Origin: Abditibacterium sp.
GTDB lineage: Bacteria; Armatimonadota; Abditibacteriia; Abditibacteriales; Abditibacteriaceae
DNA: 64,000 nt
Direction: 5' to 3'
NCBI GenBank assembly: GCA_965246885.1
Contig: OZ251992.1
Span: forward strand, 1,664,001-1,728,000
Shown: one piece after another, positions 28,164-38,415 of the stretch
Layout: every line of letters begins with the position of its first letter
Numbering within the stretch: position 1 is the stretch's first letter
The notes under the pieces: generated by a model
The model's database searches: none
What the model saw: the letters and a program-made list of their open reading frames with translations, nothing else
What the model was told of the DNA's origin: nothing
Program-made: the position numbers and the translations under genes

Positions 28164-29141
28164 ATGCCCACGATCAGCATCATTATTCCGACCTACAACG
28201 TGGCGAGATTCCTGCCGATGACTCTGGACAGTATCCTCGCCCAAACGTTCACCGATTGGGAGTGCATTCTGGTGGATGACGGGTCGGGGGATGATACGGC
28301 GGCCATCGCGCAAAGTTACGCCGCGCGCGATTCGCGCTTTCGGGCCTTGCGTCAAGACAACGCCGGGCCTTCGGTGGCGCGCAATTTTGGCTATTCCCGC
28401 GCCGACCCCACTTCGCGCTTTGTGACGTTCATGGACTCCGATGATTTATGGATTCCCGAAGCGCTACAACTACTGCAGGATGAACTGGAGCGCGACCCGC
28501 AAGCTGTCGCTGCCAGTGGACTGGCCGATTTCATTGACGCGGACGGCGCGCCCCTGCGTCCGGGTGAATTCGCCGCCAGTGGGAGGTCGCGCCGGGAAAC
28601 GCGCGGGCGGCGGCGGGTGTATTTGAAGCCTCACGAGCCGACAACCTTCGCCGGACTTTGCATTGACAACGTGCTGTTTCCGCCGGGATTATGGCTCGCG
28701 CGGCGCAGTGCCTACGATCAAACAGACGGGTTTGACCCCGCGCAAAAGGCAGCCGAAGATTGGGGAGTGCTTATTGCCCTGAGCCGGTGCGGGCCGATCC
28801 GCTTTGTTGATCGTATTATTCTCTTTTATCGCCGCCACGAAAACAATCTGGGAGCCACCGCCGTGACGCCAAAGATGGCTTTTCTGGTGCGATGCCGCAC
28901 TTTCTACTCACCTAAAAACACGCCGGAACAACAGCGAATACTTCGCAATGGTGAGCGCGCCTATCAGCGGGAAATGGTGGGCGAGCGCGTGCGCGTGGGG
29001 GTGGAAAAGATGCGTCGCCGCCAATTCGCGGGTGCGGCGGCCTCGTTCGCGCGGGTGCCGGTTCATTTCTGGCGCTGGTATCGGGGCGCCCCCAGCATCA
29101 AGTCGCTTCCCCCCGAACTGCGCCAATTCGTCGGGCGCTGA
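28164..29141 (+). CDS. Glycosyltransferase family 2
   Basis: ISIIIPTYN, LVDDGS.D, N.G.S.ARN.G, F.DSDD, ED motif. Confidence 0.92.
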   Translation: MPTISIIIPTYNVARFLPMTLDSILAQTFTDWECILVDDGSGDDTAAIAQSYAARDSRFRALRQDNAGPSVARNFGYSRADPTSRFVTFMDSDDLWIPEALQLLQDELERDPQAVAASGLADFIDADGAPLRPGEFAASGRSRRETRGRRRVYLKPHEPTTFAGLCIDNVLFPPGLWLARRSAYDQTDGFDPAQKAAEDWGVLIALSRCGPIRFVDRIILFYRRHENNLGATAVTPKMAFLVRCRTFYSPKNTPEQQRILRNGERAYQREMVGERVRVGVEKMRRRQFAGAAASFARVPVHFWRWYRGAPSIKSLPPELRQFVGR

Positions 29142-29242
29142 CTTCCGCCCCCGCCCCTTGAGCAGACCTCCACTGGAAAAGAACGTGACGCTACCCTCTT
29201 CCTGAACGAACAGTAGTTGTACGTGTATAATAGCTGGGCATC

Positions 29243-30463
29243 ATGGAAACAGCAAACAAAGCAGAAGCGGCTACGCCTTCAAAGCCAAGGTTAAGGCTGC
29301 ACCATCTGGATGGAATGAGGGGTTTAGCTGCGCTTTATGTGGCTTTAACTCACGCTCACGGTGAGACGCTTAATCGCTTGCCCCGCGAGACGTTTTCTGC
29401 CCCGGTCGCTTTATTTTCGAGGCTGATGTCTTGGGGGCATTTCTCTGTTTCTTTGTTTATCGTGCTGTCTGGGTTTAGTTTGATGCTTCCGTTGGCAACT
29501 TCCTCCGACCAAACATTGCGAGGTGGCATGAAACAGTACATAATTCGCCGCGCCCGTCGTATTCTTCCGCCCTATTATGTGGCTTTAGCGCTGAGCGTGC
29601 TGCTTCTGTTTTTTGTCCCCGCTCTTCGCATTTCCAGTAACACGACTTGGGATAACGCTTTGGCGCCTTTTGGCGCAGGTTCTCTTCTCTCCCACCTGTT
29701 TGTGGTGCACAACTTGAATCAGACGTGGATATATAAAATCAATCCGCCTTTATGGAGCGTCGCTACCGAGTGGCAGATTTACTTCTTTTTCCCCCTATTG
29801 TTTCTTCCCATCTGGAGGCGTTTCGGCATCTTCGCAACTGTCCTCATGGGAGTGGTCGTCGGTGTGTTGCTTCATTTTGTGCCGCCCAAGATTGGCTTTA
29901 GCCTCAGTCAAGCCTGCCCTTGGTATCTGGGACTTTTTGCGATGGGGATGGCGGGTGCCGTCATCTGCTTTGGGAATGATCAGTCTAAATTTACGGGATT
30001 CCTGCGACGTCATAGCCTATCTCTCTTCTTCATAGCGGCGCTCTTTTTTGCAACTATAGTTATTGCTCGTGGGCAGTGGGCTGACTATCATAAAATGCCA
30101 GTAGACATCCTCGCTGGGATCGTCGTCACTCTACTTATGATTTATTGTGGGGTAGAAAGCACCCGAACAGACAGGGGGCGGAAAACGCCGTTGCTGCTTA
30201 GGTTGTTCCAATGCAGACCTCTGGTCGCGCTTGGTGGATTTTCCTATAGCTTGTATTTGATACATCATCTTCTATACGCACTGATTCGCGTAACCCTTGA
30301 CAGTGTGGGGGTGTCGCCGTCCCAAATCGCGGTATGGATGTTCACGGTTGGAGTTCCTCTGTCTCTGGCCTTGGCTTATCTCTTCCATCTGATTGTGGAA
30401 AAACCCTTCCTCGCTAACAAGCCAAGCGCCCCAACTCCTCCTGCGCCTGCTTCGGCGACTTGA
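29243..30463 (+). CDS. Acyltransferase family 3 (OafA-like)
   Basis: LDGMRGLAA..V, F.VLSGF, RR..RI.P.Y, WSVA.EWQ.Y, SYSLYL.H, VEKPF; TATAAT at 29226-29231. Confidence 0.92.
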   Translation: METANKAEAATPSKPRLRLHHLDGMRGLAALYVALTHAHGETLNRLPRETFSAPVALFSRLMSWGHFSVSLFIVLSGFSLMLPLATSSDQTLRGGMKQYIIRRARRILPPYYVALALSVLLLFFVPALRISSNTTWDNALAPFGAGSLLSHLFVVHNLNQTWIYKINPPLWSVATEWQIYFFFPLLFLPIWRRFGIFATVLMGVVVGVLLHFVPPKIGFSLSQACPWYLGLFAMGMAGAVICFGNDQSKFTGFLRRHSLSLFFIAALFFATIVIARGQWADYHKMPVDILAGIVVTLLMIYCGVESTRTDRGRKTPLLLRLFQCRPLVALGGFSYSLYLIHHLLYALIRVTLDSVGVSPSQIAVWMFTVGVPLSLALAYLFHLIVEKPFLANKPSAPTPPAPASAT

Positions 30464-30792
30464 CTTAGGTGCGAGGAGTTCATCGTGCGCTTGGCGCCAT
30501 GTCCGACAGGGTCAACGAATCCATCGGGAAATCCTCCAGCATGGCACTCTTGGAAATAAGAGCATGATGTATTCCCCCGCGCCACATTCAGGACAGGCAA
30601 GGCATACTTCAAGGAGTTTCCTGAGCCAACTTCCGACGTGTCAAGCTATTCTCCTCGTGTTTTGGGACGAGAAGTGCCCACGCGGAATGAGTTCTCTAAG
30701 GCGTTATGCATAGGGAAGCCTCGGCAAACTGTCGAACGGATTGGGAAGTCGTTGCGGCTTCTTGAACCCAACGAAAGATCACTTGAATTGTT

Positions 30793-32277
30793 ATGGCCGT
30801 CATCTCACCCCGCGAAATCTCCCGACGCTTGCCTTCGCCCGTTGTGGACGCCGACGAAACGTTCGATGTCGTCGGCAAAGGCAATACGCTCGCGTCCGTC
30901 ACCGCCAAAGTGTCGGATGTCGTGTTGCGCGACCGGCTGCGTCCCGGTTGGGTCTTGTTCCTTTTGTTCTCCTTGGTGCTCCTCGCCACCTTGGGCGTCG
31001 CGTTTGGCGGCGTCCTTGTCATGGGCGTGGGCTTGTGGGGCATCAACAACTCTGTTGACTGGGGCTTTGACATCATCAACTTCGTGTGGTGGATTGGCAT
31101 CGGTCACGCCGGAACACTCATCTCGGCCATTCTGCTGCTTGTCCACCAGAACTGGCGCACCTCCATCAACCGCTTCGCCGAAGCGATGACCATCTTCGCC
31201 GTGTTCTGCGCGGGGTTGTTCGTGCTGTCGCACTTGGGGCGCCACCAGTACGCTTACTGGCTGTTCCCCCTGCCGAACTCGATGGGCATGTGGCCACAGT
31301 TTCGCTCGCCGCTCGAATGGGACGTGTTCGCGGTCTCGACGTATGCGACGGTTTCGATTCTCTTTTGGTATGTCGGCCTCATTCCCGACTTGGCGACGCT
31401 ACGCGACCGCGCGGTGCGCCCGCTCGTGAAGAAGTTCTACGGCATTGCGTCGCTCGGCTGGCGCGGCTCCAACCAACACTGGCACCGCTACATGGCGGTT
31501 TACCTGATTCTGGCGGGCATCTCGACGCCGCTCGTGTTGTCCGTTCACTCGACCATCTCCTTCGACTTCGCGTTTTCGCAGGTTCCGGGCTGGCACGCGA
31601 CCGTGTTCCCGCCCTACTTCGTGGCGGGCGCGCTTGTGGGCGGCTTTGCAATGGTGCTGATTCTGGCCATCCCCCTGCGCGAACTGTTCAATCTCAAAGA
31701 CCTCATCACGATGCGGCACTTGGAGAACTGCGCCAAGATTCTCATTGCGACCACCATCTTCGTTTCCTACGGCTACGCAATGGAAGCGTGGACGGCCTAC
31801 TACTCCGGCTCCATTGACGAGCGCTTCATGGCGTGGAACCGCGCGTTCGGACCATACGGCTGGTCGTATTGGTCGCTCATCTTTTGCAACGCCGTCGTGC
31901 CGCAACTCTTGTGGTTCCGCAAGATTCGCACGAACTTGGTCGCGCTCTACTTCATCTCTGTTGTGCTCTCCATCGGCATGTGGTTGGAGCGCTGGGTCAT
32001 CATCGTTGTGTCGCTCACCCGCACCGAACTGCCTTCGACATGGCACGGCTACGTTCCGACCGGCTGGGACTGGGCGCAATACATCGGCACCTTCGGCTTG
32101 TTCCTGACCTGCTTCTTGCTGTTCTGCCGCATCCTGCCCGTGATTGCGATGGCCGAAATGCGCGAACTGGTGCACCACGAGATGCATCACGGCTCGCACA
32201 TGGACGAGCACGAGGGCGCCGAACCCAACGGCGGCTTTTCCGGCTCCGACCCGTCGGTGGTTCCGGCGCACGCTTAA
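30793..32277 (+). CDS. actC: Alternative complex III ActC (NrfD/PsrC family)
   Basis: NFVWWIGIGHAGTLISAIL, WRTSINRFAEAMT, FRSPL.WDVFAVSTY, VHSTIS.DF. Confidence 0.96.
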   Translation: MAVISPREISRRLPSPVVDADETFDVVGKGNTLASVTAKVSDVVLRDRLRPGWVLFLLFSLVLLATLGVAFGGVLVMGVGLWGINNSVDWGFDIINFVWWIGIGHAGTLISAILLLVHQNWRTSINRFAEAMTIFAVFCAGLFVLSHLGRHQYAYWLFPLPNSMGMWPQFRSPLEWDVFAVSTYATVSILFWYVGLIPDLATLRDRAVRPLVKKFYGIASLGWRGSNQHWHRYMAVYLILAGISTPLVLSVHSTISFDFAFSQVPGWHATVFPPYFVAGALVGGFAMVLILAIPLRELFNLKDLITMRHLENCAKILIATTIFVSYGYAMEAWTAYYSGSIDERFMAWNRAFGPYGWSYWSLIFCNAVVPQLLWFRKIRTNLVALYFISVVLSIGMWLERWVIIVVSLTRTELPSTWHGYVPTGWDWAQYIGTFGLFLTCFLLFCRILPVIAMAEMRELVHHEMHHGSHMDEHEGAEPNGGFSGSDPSVVPAHA

Positions 32278-32282
32278 AGATT

Positions 32283-32927
32283 ATGGCAACTCAAATCGAA
32301 CGCCCTTCCGCCCAAACCGAATATCCGATCGGCCTTGGCGCCATTAACAATCGCGGCGCCGACGTGCGCGCCGCCGAAATAGACCACGCCCAGCGCAAGC
32401 ACTCCGTGTGGGGCATTTGCGCCGAGTTCGACGAAACCGAGCCGCTCATCCAAGCCGCCCGTGCCTCGCGCAAGGCCGGATACACCCGGTTGGACGCTTA
32501 TACGCCCATGCCCGTCGAGGGCTTGTCGGACGCCATCGGCTACTTTAACAAGCAGATGCCAGCCCTCATGTTTTGCGGCGGCGTGCTTGGCTGTTCACTG
32601 GGTTACTGGATGCAATGGTATTCCCTCGGCTACTCCTACGTCCTCAATCACGGTGGGCGCCCCTATCACTCGTGGCCCAACTTCATCGTGATTACCTTCG
32701 AGATGACCATCTTGTTCACGGCCTTAACGGGCGTGTTTGGGATGCTCGCCTTGAACGGTCTGCCGACGCTGTATCACCCGATGTTCAACCTCGAAGGGTT
32801 CGAGCGCCACTCGCAGGACAGGTTCTTTCTGGCCATCGAAGCGCGCGACAAGAACTTCGACTTCGAGCGGACGATGGAGTTCATGCGCTCGATGGGCGCG
32901 CTTCGCGTCGCGGTCGTGGAAAAGTAA
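32283..32927 (+). CDS. actD: Alternative complex III ActD (DUF3341)
   Basis: AEFD, GY..LDAYTPMPVEG, GGRP..SWP.F..ITFE.TIL, DRFFL.IEA.D. Confidence 0.92.
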   Translation: MATQIERPSAQTEYPIGLGAINNRGADVRAAEIDHAQRKHSVWGICAEFDETEPLIQAARASRKAGYTRLDAYTPMPVEGLSDAIGYFNKQMPALMFCGGVLGCSLGYWMQWYSLGYSYVLNHGGRPYHSWPNFIVITFEMTILFTALTGVFGMLALNGLPTLYHPMFNLEGFERHSQDRFFLAIEARDKNFDFERTMEFMRSMGALRVAVVEK

Positions 32928-32944
32928 GCGTTTAAAGCCACATC

Positions 32945-33742
32945 ATGCAATTCTCTCTTAAACACCTGCTGTGGGGCGCGCCTCTGGCGCTCGCGGCTCT
33001 TGGCGGTTGCACGCGCGACGGGAAATTCCAGCCCGTTGATATGTGGAACTACGCGCGCCTCAAACCCTACGAGCAGATTAACTTCTTCGACGATAAGCGC
33101 TCCTCCCGCTTGCCGCCAACGGGCACCGTCGCGCGCGGGCAAGACCGCTTGAACGAGTCGCTTTACTACGGCACCAAGAACGGCACCCTCGTGGCGACCA
33201 ACCCCTTATTCGACAAAGCGAAGCCGCAAGACAAAGTGGCGTTGTTAGAGCGTGGGCAGGAACGCTATCAAATCTACTGTCAGCCGTGTCACGGCCTCGC
33301 CGGATATGGCGACGGCATGATCGTCAAGCGCGGCTTCGCCAAGCCCCCGACCTATCACCAAGAGCGCTTGCGCAAAGTCACGGACGGCTACCTTTATGAT
33401 GTCATTACTAACGGCTACGGCTCGATGTACTCGTATGGATCGCGCGTTCCGCCGCGCGACCGGTGGGCCATCGTCGCTTACATCCGCACGTTGCAGCGTT
33501 CGCAAAACGCGCAACCGGGCGACGTTCCGGCAGGAGTAAACCCCAACGAAGAGCGCGACGTGCCGGAAATCGGTTCGGGCGCCGACAAATACATGGGGCC
33601 GGGCGCGGGGCGCGAGTATCACGGCACGGGGCCGGGTGGCAAGGGCGAACCCGGCTCGAACGGCGCCAACGAAGAGCAGGGCATGAACCAAACCGGCGAA
33701 ACGAAGCCCGGCGAGCACAAAGCACCGCTTTCTAAACCGTAA
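32945..33742 (+). CDS. actE: Alternative complex III ActE monoheme cytochrome c lipoprotein
   Basis: LGGC lipobox, GTVARG, CQPCHG..G.GDG, DRWAIVAYIR.LQ. Confidence 0.92.
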   Translation: MQFSLKHLLWGAPLALAALGGCTRDGKFQPVDMWNYARLKPYEQINFFDDKRSSRLPPTGTVARGQDRLNESLYYGTKNGTLVATNPLFDKAKPQDKVALLERGQERYQIYCQPCHGLAGYGDGMIVKRGFAKPPTYHQERLRKVTDGYLYDVITNGYGSMYSYGSRVPPRDRWAIVAYIRTLQRSQNAQPGDVPAGVNPNEERDVPEIGSGADKYMGPGAGREYHGTGPGGKGEPGSNGANEEQGMNQTGETKPGEHKAPLSKP

Positions 33743-33761
33743 GCGAAAAGGAATACCTATT

Positions 33762-35105
33762 TTGGTGGCAACACACGAACAATCGCACGAACGCACCGAC
33801 GTTCGCATCAACGACCTCATCGGCCCACGCCTCGCGCTGTTGGCGGCCAAGGCGCCGATCCTCGCGGCGGTTGGGGGCGTCCTTTGCTTGCTGGGCCTCG
33901 TCTTGACGTGGGGGACGAACTCCTTCTTCCAGTCGTATCTGTTCGCTTTTATGTTCTGGTTCGGGGTCACGCTCGGCTCGACAGCGTGGCTGATGGGCCA
34001 CCACATCACCGGCGGCGGCTGGAGCTATATCATCCGCCGCCCCCTTGAAGCCGCGACGCGGGTGTGGCCGCTCGTATTTGCGATGTGGATTCCCATCCTC
34101 GTCGCCATGTTGCTCTCGCTCCAGAACGGGCATCACGGCTTATACGAGTGGGCGGACGCTTCCATCCGCGACAGCGACAAAATCTTGACCGCGAAGTCTG
34201 GCTACCTCAACCCCATCGCGTGGATTGTGCGCTCGCTCCTCTTCTTTTGCACGTGGTTCGGACTCGCGTTCTACCTGAACAAGTGGGGCCGCGAGGAGGA
34301 TGTCACCGATAACCCGCTTGTGCGTCATCGCTTGTCGCTGTTGTCCGGCGTCGGCATTTTGGTTTACGGACTCACCGTCACGTTTGCCGCCGTTGACTGG
34401 GTAATGAGCATCGAGCCGCACTGGTTCTCCTCTTTGTGGGGTTTGCTCTTCATCGTTGGGCAGGGGCACTCGACGCTGTGCTTGATGGTTATCCTCGTCG
34501 CTTACTTGGCGGGCGACCTGCCCATCGTGAAGCAAATCGAGTCGCGCTACATCCGCGACCTCGGCAACTTGATGCTTGCCTTCACGCTGTTGTGGGCGTA
34601 CACGAACTTCTCGCAGTTCATGATTCAGTACTCGGCAAACATGGCCGAGGAAGCGACGTGGCAACTGCACCGCACGACGTTCGGCTGGCAGTATGTGGGC
34701 TTTGGCAACATCATTTTCCACTTCGCCGCGCCGTTCCTGTTCTTGCTGATGAGCCTAACGAAAGTCAACATCCGGAACTTGGCGAAGCTGGCGCTGTTTC
34801 TCATCATCGCGCGGCATATTGACCTGTTCTTCTACGTCGTGCCGACGTTTCGCAAGTCGCCGCTCGACACCTTCCCTTGGGCAGTGTTGGCCGACATCGG
34901 CGCGCCGCTTCTGCTGGGCGGGCTGTGGCTGACCTTCTGGGCGAACCAGATGCGCCGCGAAAACGCGCCCATCGTCCCGCAGTTCGACGAGCGACTCAAC
35001 GGCTTCTGGCCACTGGGCGGGCACGACGCTCACAGCAACGGCGCGCACGCCAACGGGCACCCGCCCTTGGCTTCACCAAAAGGAGTAACTACACAACATG
35101 GCTGA
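33762..35105 (+). CDS. actF: Alternative complex III ActF membrane subunit
   Basis: SYL, GG.W, LYEW, DW.MS.EPHW.S, DLGNL..AF..LWAY..FSQ. Confidence 0.92.
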   Translation: MVATHEQSHERTDVRINDLIGPRLALLAAKAPILAAVGGVLCLLGLVLTWGTNSFFQSYLFAFMFWFGVTLGSTAWLMGHHITGGGWSYIIRRPLEAATRVWPLVFAMWIPILVAMLLSLQNGHHGLYEWADASIRDSDKILTAKSGYLNPIAWIVRSLLFFCTWFGLAFYLNKWGREEDVTDNPLVRHRLSLLSGVGILVYGLTVTFAAVDWVMSIEPHWFSSLWGLLFIVGQGHSTLCLMVILVAYLAGDLPIVKQIESRYIRDLGNLMLAFTLLWAYTNFSQFMIQYSANMAEEATWQLHRTTFGWQYVGFGNIIFHFAAPFLFLLMSLTKVNIRNLAKLALFLIIARHIDLFFYVVPTFRKSPLDTFPWAVLADIGAPLLLGGLWLTFWANQMRRENAPIVPQFDERLNGFWPLGGHDAHSNGAHANGHPPLASPKGVTTQHG

Positions 35106-35820
35106 TATGACTCCCCAAGGCACCCAAGCGTATGGTGTCGAATCGGGTTACGAGCGCGGCGACGCCAACGTGCGCGGCGTCGTGCAAGGCTTGGCAATCA
35201 TCTTCATCGGCGTTTTCGTCGTGATGGCCTCGATGTTCGGCATGTTCAACTTTCTGAACAAACGGCTTATCTCCGAGGAAGACCGCACGCCCGTCGCGCT
35301 CACCCGCGCCATCGTGCCGCCGGAGCCGCGCTTGCTCCCATCACCGCATACCGACGAGGCGCCCGAAGCTGAGCAGGCGGCGAAGGCACTCGGCGAAAAC
35401 CCTAAGCGGGCGACGGCGGATGGCTACCCTTGGGACAAGCGCAACCTCGAAATCGCCGCCCAATACGACGAGGCGAACTCCTACGGCAAGAATCCCGACG
35501 GCTCGCAGCGCATCCCCATCAAGGAAGCGATGAAGCGCGTCGCGGGCGTGCCCGACGGCGGCAGCCCCGCCATCATGTCGTGGCAACCCGAAACCCCACG
35601 CGTTGTCGCAGGCGAGACCGGCACTGGGCGCGAAAAGACGATGAACCTTGAACTTGACCACAAGCAGCAGGACGGGCGCATCTACGACCACCGGCCTTAT
35701 TGGGAATCGCAGGATGAGAAGTTCACCGTTGAATCAACGGGCGGGCTAATCCTCAAACCGGGCGGCGACACTGCCGTCCCGACCGACCCAGCCATTGCAC
35801 CGCAGGGGTTAAGCCGCTAA
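35098..35820 (+). CDS. ActG-like single-TM subunit with C-terminal extension
   Basis: YE..DANV, one TM, PPEPRL, RIPI.EAM; position between actF and SCO. Confidence 0.7.
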   Translation: MADMTPQGTQAYGVESGYERGDANVRGVVQGLAIIFIGVFVVMASMFGMFNFLNKRLISEEDRTPVALTRAIVPPEPRLLPSPHTDEAPEAEQAAKALGENPKRATADGYPWDKRNLEIAAQYDEANSYGKNPDGSQRIPIKEAMKRVAGVPDGGSPAIMSWQPETPRVVAGETGTGREKTMNLELDHKQQDGRIYDHRPYWESQDEKFTVESTGGLILKPGGDTAVPTDPAIAPQGLSR

Positions 35821-35925
35821 CGGGCGGGGTGCGCGTAGTTTTGACTTCGTGCCGCCGCTTCCTTTAGTGCAGTTGCGAGGGAAAAGGGGAAGAAGAAACG
35901 GGCGAATTGCCGCACACTTAACACC

Positions 35926-36870
35926 ATGAAACACAAGACACAATTCGCGTGGGTGTTAGCCGCCGTTTTGGGCGGCGTGGCCTGCTTCGCGCCGTCTTCG
36001 GCACGCGCGCAAACGCCAGATGCCCCGCTCGCTACTAACAGCGCGGGCAAGCAAGGCACGAACAACTGGGACTTCACCGCGCCCGACGGCGGCGTGCCCA
36101 AAGACTTGGCGCAAAAGGTCGGCGTTGACCAGAAGTTCGGGGCGCCCGTTCCTTCAGGCCTCCAGTTCCGCGACGAAGACGGCCACACCGTCCGCTTGGG
36201 CGACTACTTCGGGAAGAAGCCGGTGATGATCACCATGCTTCAGATGACGTGCGATTTGGGGTGCTCCGCGCAGTTGGGCGCTATGTCGAACGCCTTCAGT
36301 AAGATTCCCTTCTCGGCTGGCAAGGAGTTCGAGATCCTCAACGTTTCCATTGACCCCAAAGAGGGGCCGCTCATCGCCAAAGACGCCAAAGAAGAGCGCC
36401 TCAAAGACTATAAGCGGCCCACCGCCGCGCAGGGCTGGCACTTCCTGACCGCCGTTCCGGGGCAAGAGGAGAACATCAAGACGCTCGCTTCGGCGCTTGG
36501 TATCCGCTACATGTGGCACGCGCCCAGCCACCAATTCATCCACCCAAACGGCATCGTCCTCGTCACGCCCGACGGCAAAGTGTCGCGCTACTTCCTGTCG
36601 CTCGCTTATGACCCGCAAGACGTAAAGTTCTCCATCATGGATGCCTCGAAGGAAAAGGTGGGCACCGTGCTGGAAAGACTCGCGTTTTCCTGCTTCCACT
36701 ATAACCCCTCGACGGGCAAATACTCCTTCGAGATCATGGCGTTCCTGCGCATCACCGGCATCGCGTTCGTGGTCGGCAGCTTGCTGGCGATTCGGGCGAT
36801 GGTGAGCTTGGAAAAACGCCGCGCCAAAGCGGGCAAGGGCGGCCCATCCGTCCGATTGAAGAGCGCTTAA
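35926..36870 (+). CDS. SCO family copper chaperone
   Basis: VG.DQK.G, CDLGC (CxxxC), VSIDP, WHFLT, H..G...TP.GKVSRY. Confidence 0.88.
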   Translation: MKHKTQFAWVLAAVLGGVACFAPSSARAQTPDAPLATNSAGKQGTNNWDFTAPDGGVPKDLAQKVGVDQKFGAPVPSGLQFRDEDGHTVRLGDYFGKKPVMITMLQMTCDLGCSAQLGAMSNAFSKIPFSAGKEFEILNVSIDPKEGPLIAKDAKEERLKDYKRPTAAQGWHFLTAVPGQEENIKTLASALGIRYMWHAPSHQFIHPNGIVLVTPDGKVSRYFLSLAYDPQDVKFSIMDASKEKVGTVLERLAFSCFHYNPSTGKYSFEIMAFLRITGIAFVVGSLLAIRAMVSLEKRRAKAGKGGPSVRLKSA

Positions 36871-36888
36871 GCGCGCAACAGAACTCAA

Positions 36889-38331
36889 ATGGCTCAATTA
36901 TTCCCTTGGCTTTTGCCTCAAGCGTCCAGCGTGTCGGAGTCCATTGACTTCGTCTACTGGCTCATCACGGCGGTGTGCGCGGCCTTCTTCGTCGGGGTCG
37001 CGTTCTTCGTCACCCTCTTCGTCGTGCGTTACCGGCAGGGCAGCAAAGTCAACCGCGTCTTGCCGCACCACGAGGGCATCGCGCTGGAGATGATTTGGAC
37101 AATCATCCCGCTCTTCATCGCTTTGGGGTTGTTCCTTATCTCGACGGTCGTTTACTTTCGCGTCGTGCGCGCGCCCAAAGACGCAACGGAAATCTTCGTC
37201 GTCGGCAAACAGTGGATGTGGAAGATACAGCACCCCAATGGCCGATGGGAAATGAACGAAATCCACGTTCCCGTCGGGCATGCCGTCAAGCTGACAATGA
37301 TCTCCGAAGACGTCATCCACGACTTTGGACTACCGTCGTTTCGCTTGAACATGGACGTGGTTCCCGGCAAATACACCCAGACGTGGTTTACCCCGACGCG
37401 CGTGGGGCGCTACCACATCTTTTGCGCGCAGTACTGCGGCACTAACCACGCCATCATGGGCGGCTACGTCACCGTCATGGAACCCGACCAATACGCGCGC
37501 TGGGAGCAGACCGGCAACGTGCGCGCTTCGACGGCTTCCGAAGGCGAGCGCTTGTTCCGCGAAAATGGCTGCACCGGCTGTCACGGCCCCAACGCCAACG
37601 TGCGCGCGCCGAGCTTGAACGGCTTGTTCGGGCGCTACCGTCCCGTCCAGATTCCGGGCGACGAGCCTTGGCGCCCCGATATGCCCGCCGTGATGGTGAA
37701 AGCCGACTACCGTTACTTGCACGATTCCATTTGGACGCCCGCCAAGGAAGTCGCGGCGGGCTACAAGCCCATCATGCCCTCCTTCGCTGGGCGACTCAGC
37801 GAAGAGCAGGTATTGCAAATCATTGACTACCTCAAAACGCTGCAAACCTCCAATGGCACCAGCAACGGGAGCGCGGCGGGGTATAACCCCGGCGATGGCA
37901 CGACTTTGGGCGGCAGTGGCACGGGCAACGCCGTTGGCGGCTCGCAATTGGGAGACGCGCGGACGGGCCGCAACTACGGCGGCAACCCGACGGGTGACAT
38001 GGCTAACGTCATAGACCGCGAGTCCACCTATGTTCCGCCTTTCGAGACGGGGCGCCCCGGAGACGCTTCGACGGGCCGACTGTATGGCGGCTCGCCAACG
38101 GGCGACATGGCCAACGTGCGCGACCGCGAGAACATCTTTCATGGCGGCGGCGCGGTGGATAACTTAGGCACCATAGACCGCAGCGCCGGAGGGCTTCGCG
38201 GAAAGCACTACGAGGAGCGCGGCGGTTTGAACGTTTATAACTCCGACAATTACATCAAGTCGCAAGTGAAAGACATCACTGGCGGCCTCAAATCGCAAGT
38301 TCCGGCGGGAGCGGCCAAAGACCAATACTAA
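36889..38331 (+). CDS. coxB: Cytochrome c oxidase subunit II with fused cytochrome c (caa3-type) and long repeat-bearing tail
   Basis: LE..WT.IP, KQWMW, DVIH, CAQYCGTNH..M CuA ligands, CTGCH. Confidence 0.95.
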   Translation: MAQLFPWLLPQASSVSESIDFVYWLITAVCAAFFVGVAFFVTLFVVRYRQGSKVNRVLPHHEGIALEMIWTIIPLFIALGLFLISTVVYFRVVRAPKDATEIFVVGKQWMWKIQHPNGRWEMNEIHVPVGHAVKLTMISEDVIHDFGLPSFRLNMDVVPGKYTQTWFTPTRVGRYHIFCAQYCGTNHAIMGGYVTVMEPDQYARWEQTGNVRASTASEGERLFRENGCTGCHGPNANVRAPSLNGLFGRYRPVQIPGDEPWRPDMPAVMVKADYRYLHDSIWTPAKEVAAGYKPIMPSFAGRLSEEQVLQIIDYLKTLQTSNGTSNGSAAGYNPGDGTTLGGSGTGNAVGGSQLGDARTGRNYGGNPTGDMANVIDRESTYVPPFETGRPGDASTGRLYGGSPTGDMANVRDRENIFHGGGAVDNLGTIDRSAGGLRGKHYEERGGLNVYNSDNYIKSQVKDITGGLKSQVPAGAAKDQY

Positions 38332-38415
38332 AGCGAAGCGGTTGTTAGCTATTACCCAATCGCCGTTCACGCAGCCTTCTCACGCGTCCTGATTTGCACT
38401 CTAACACCAAGTTCC

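Noticed and set aside
30464..30792. Possible transposase remnant (minus-strand CPECG) before actC
   Set aside because: Only a five-residue motif, with no supporting ORF, terminal repeats or catalytic motifs.
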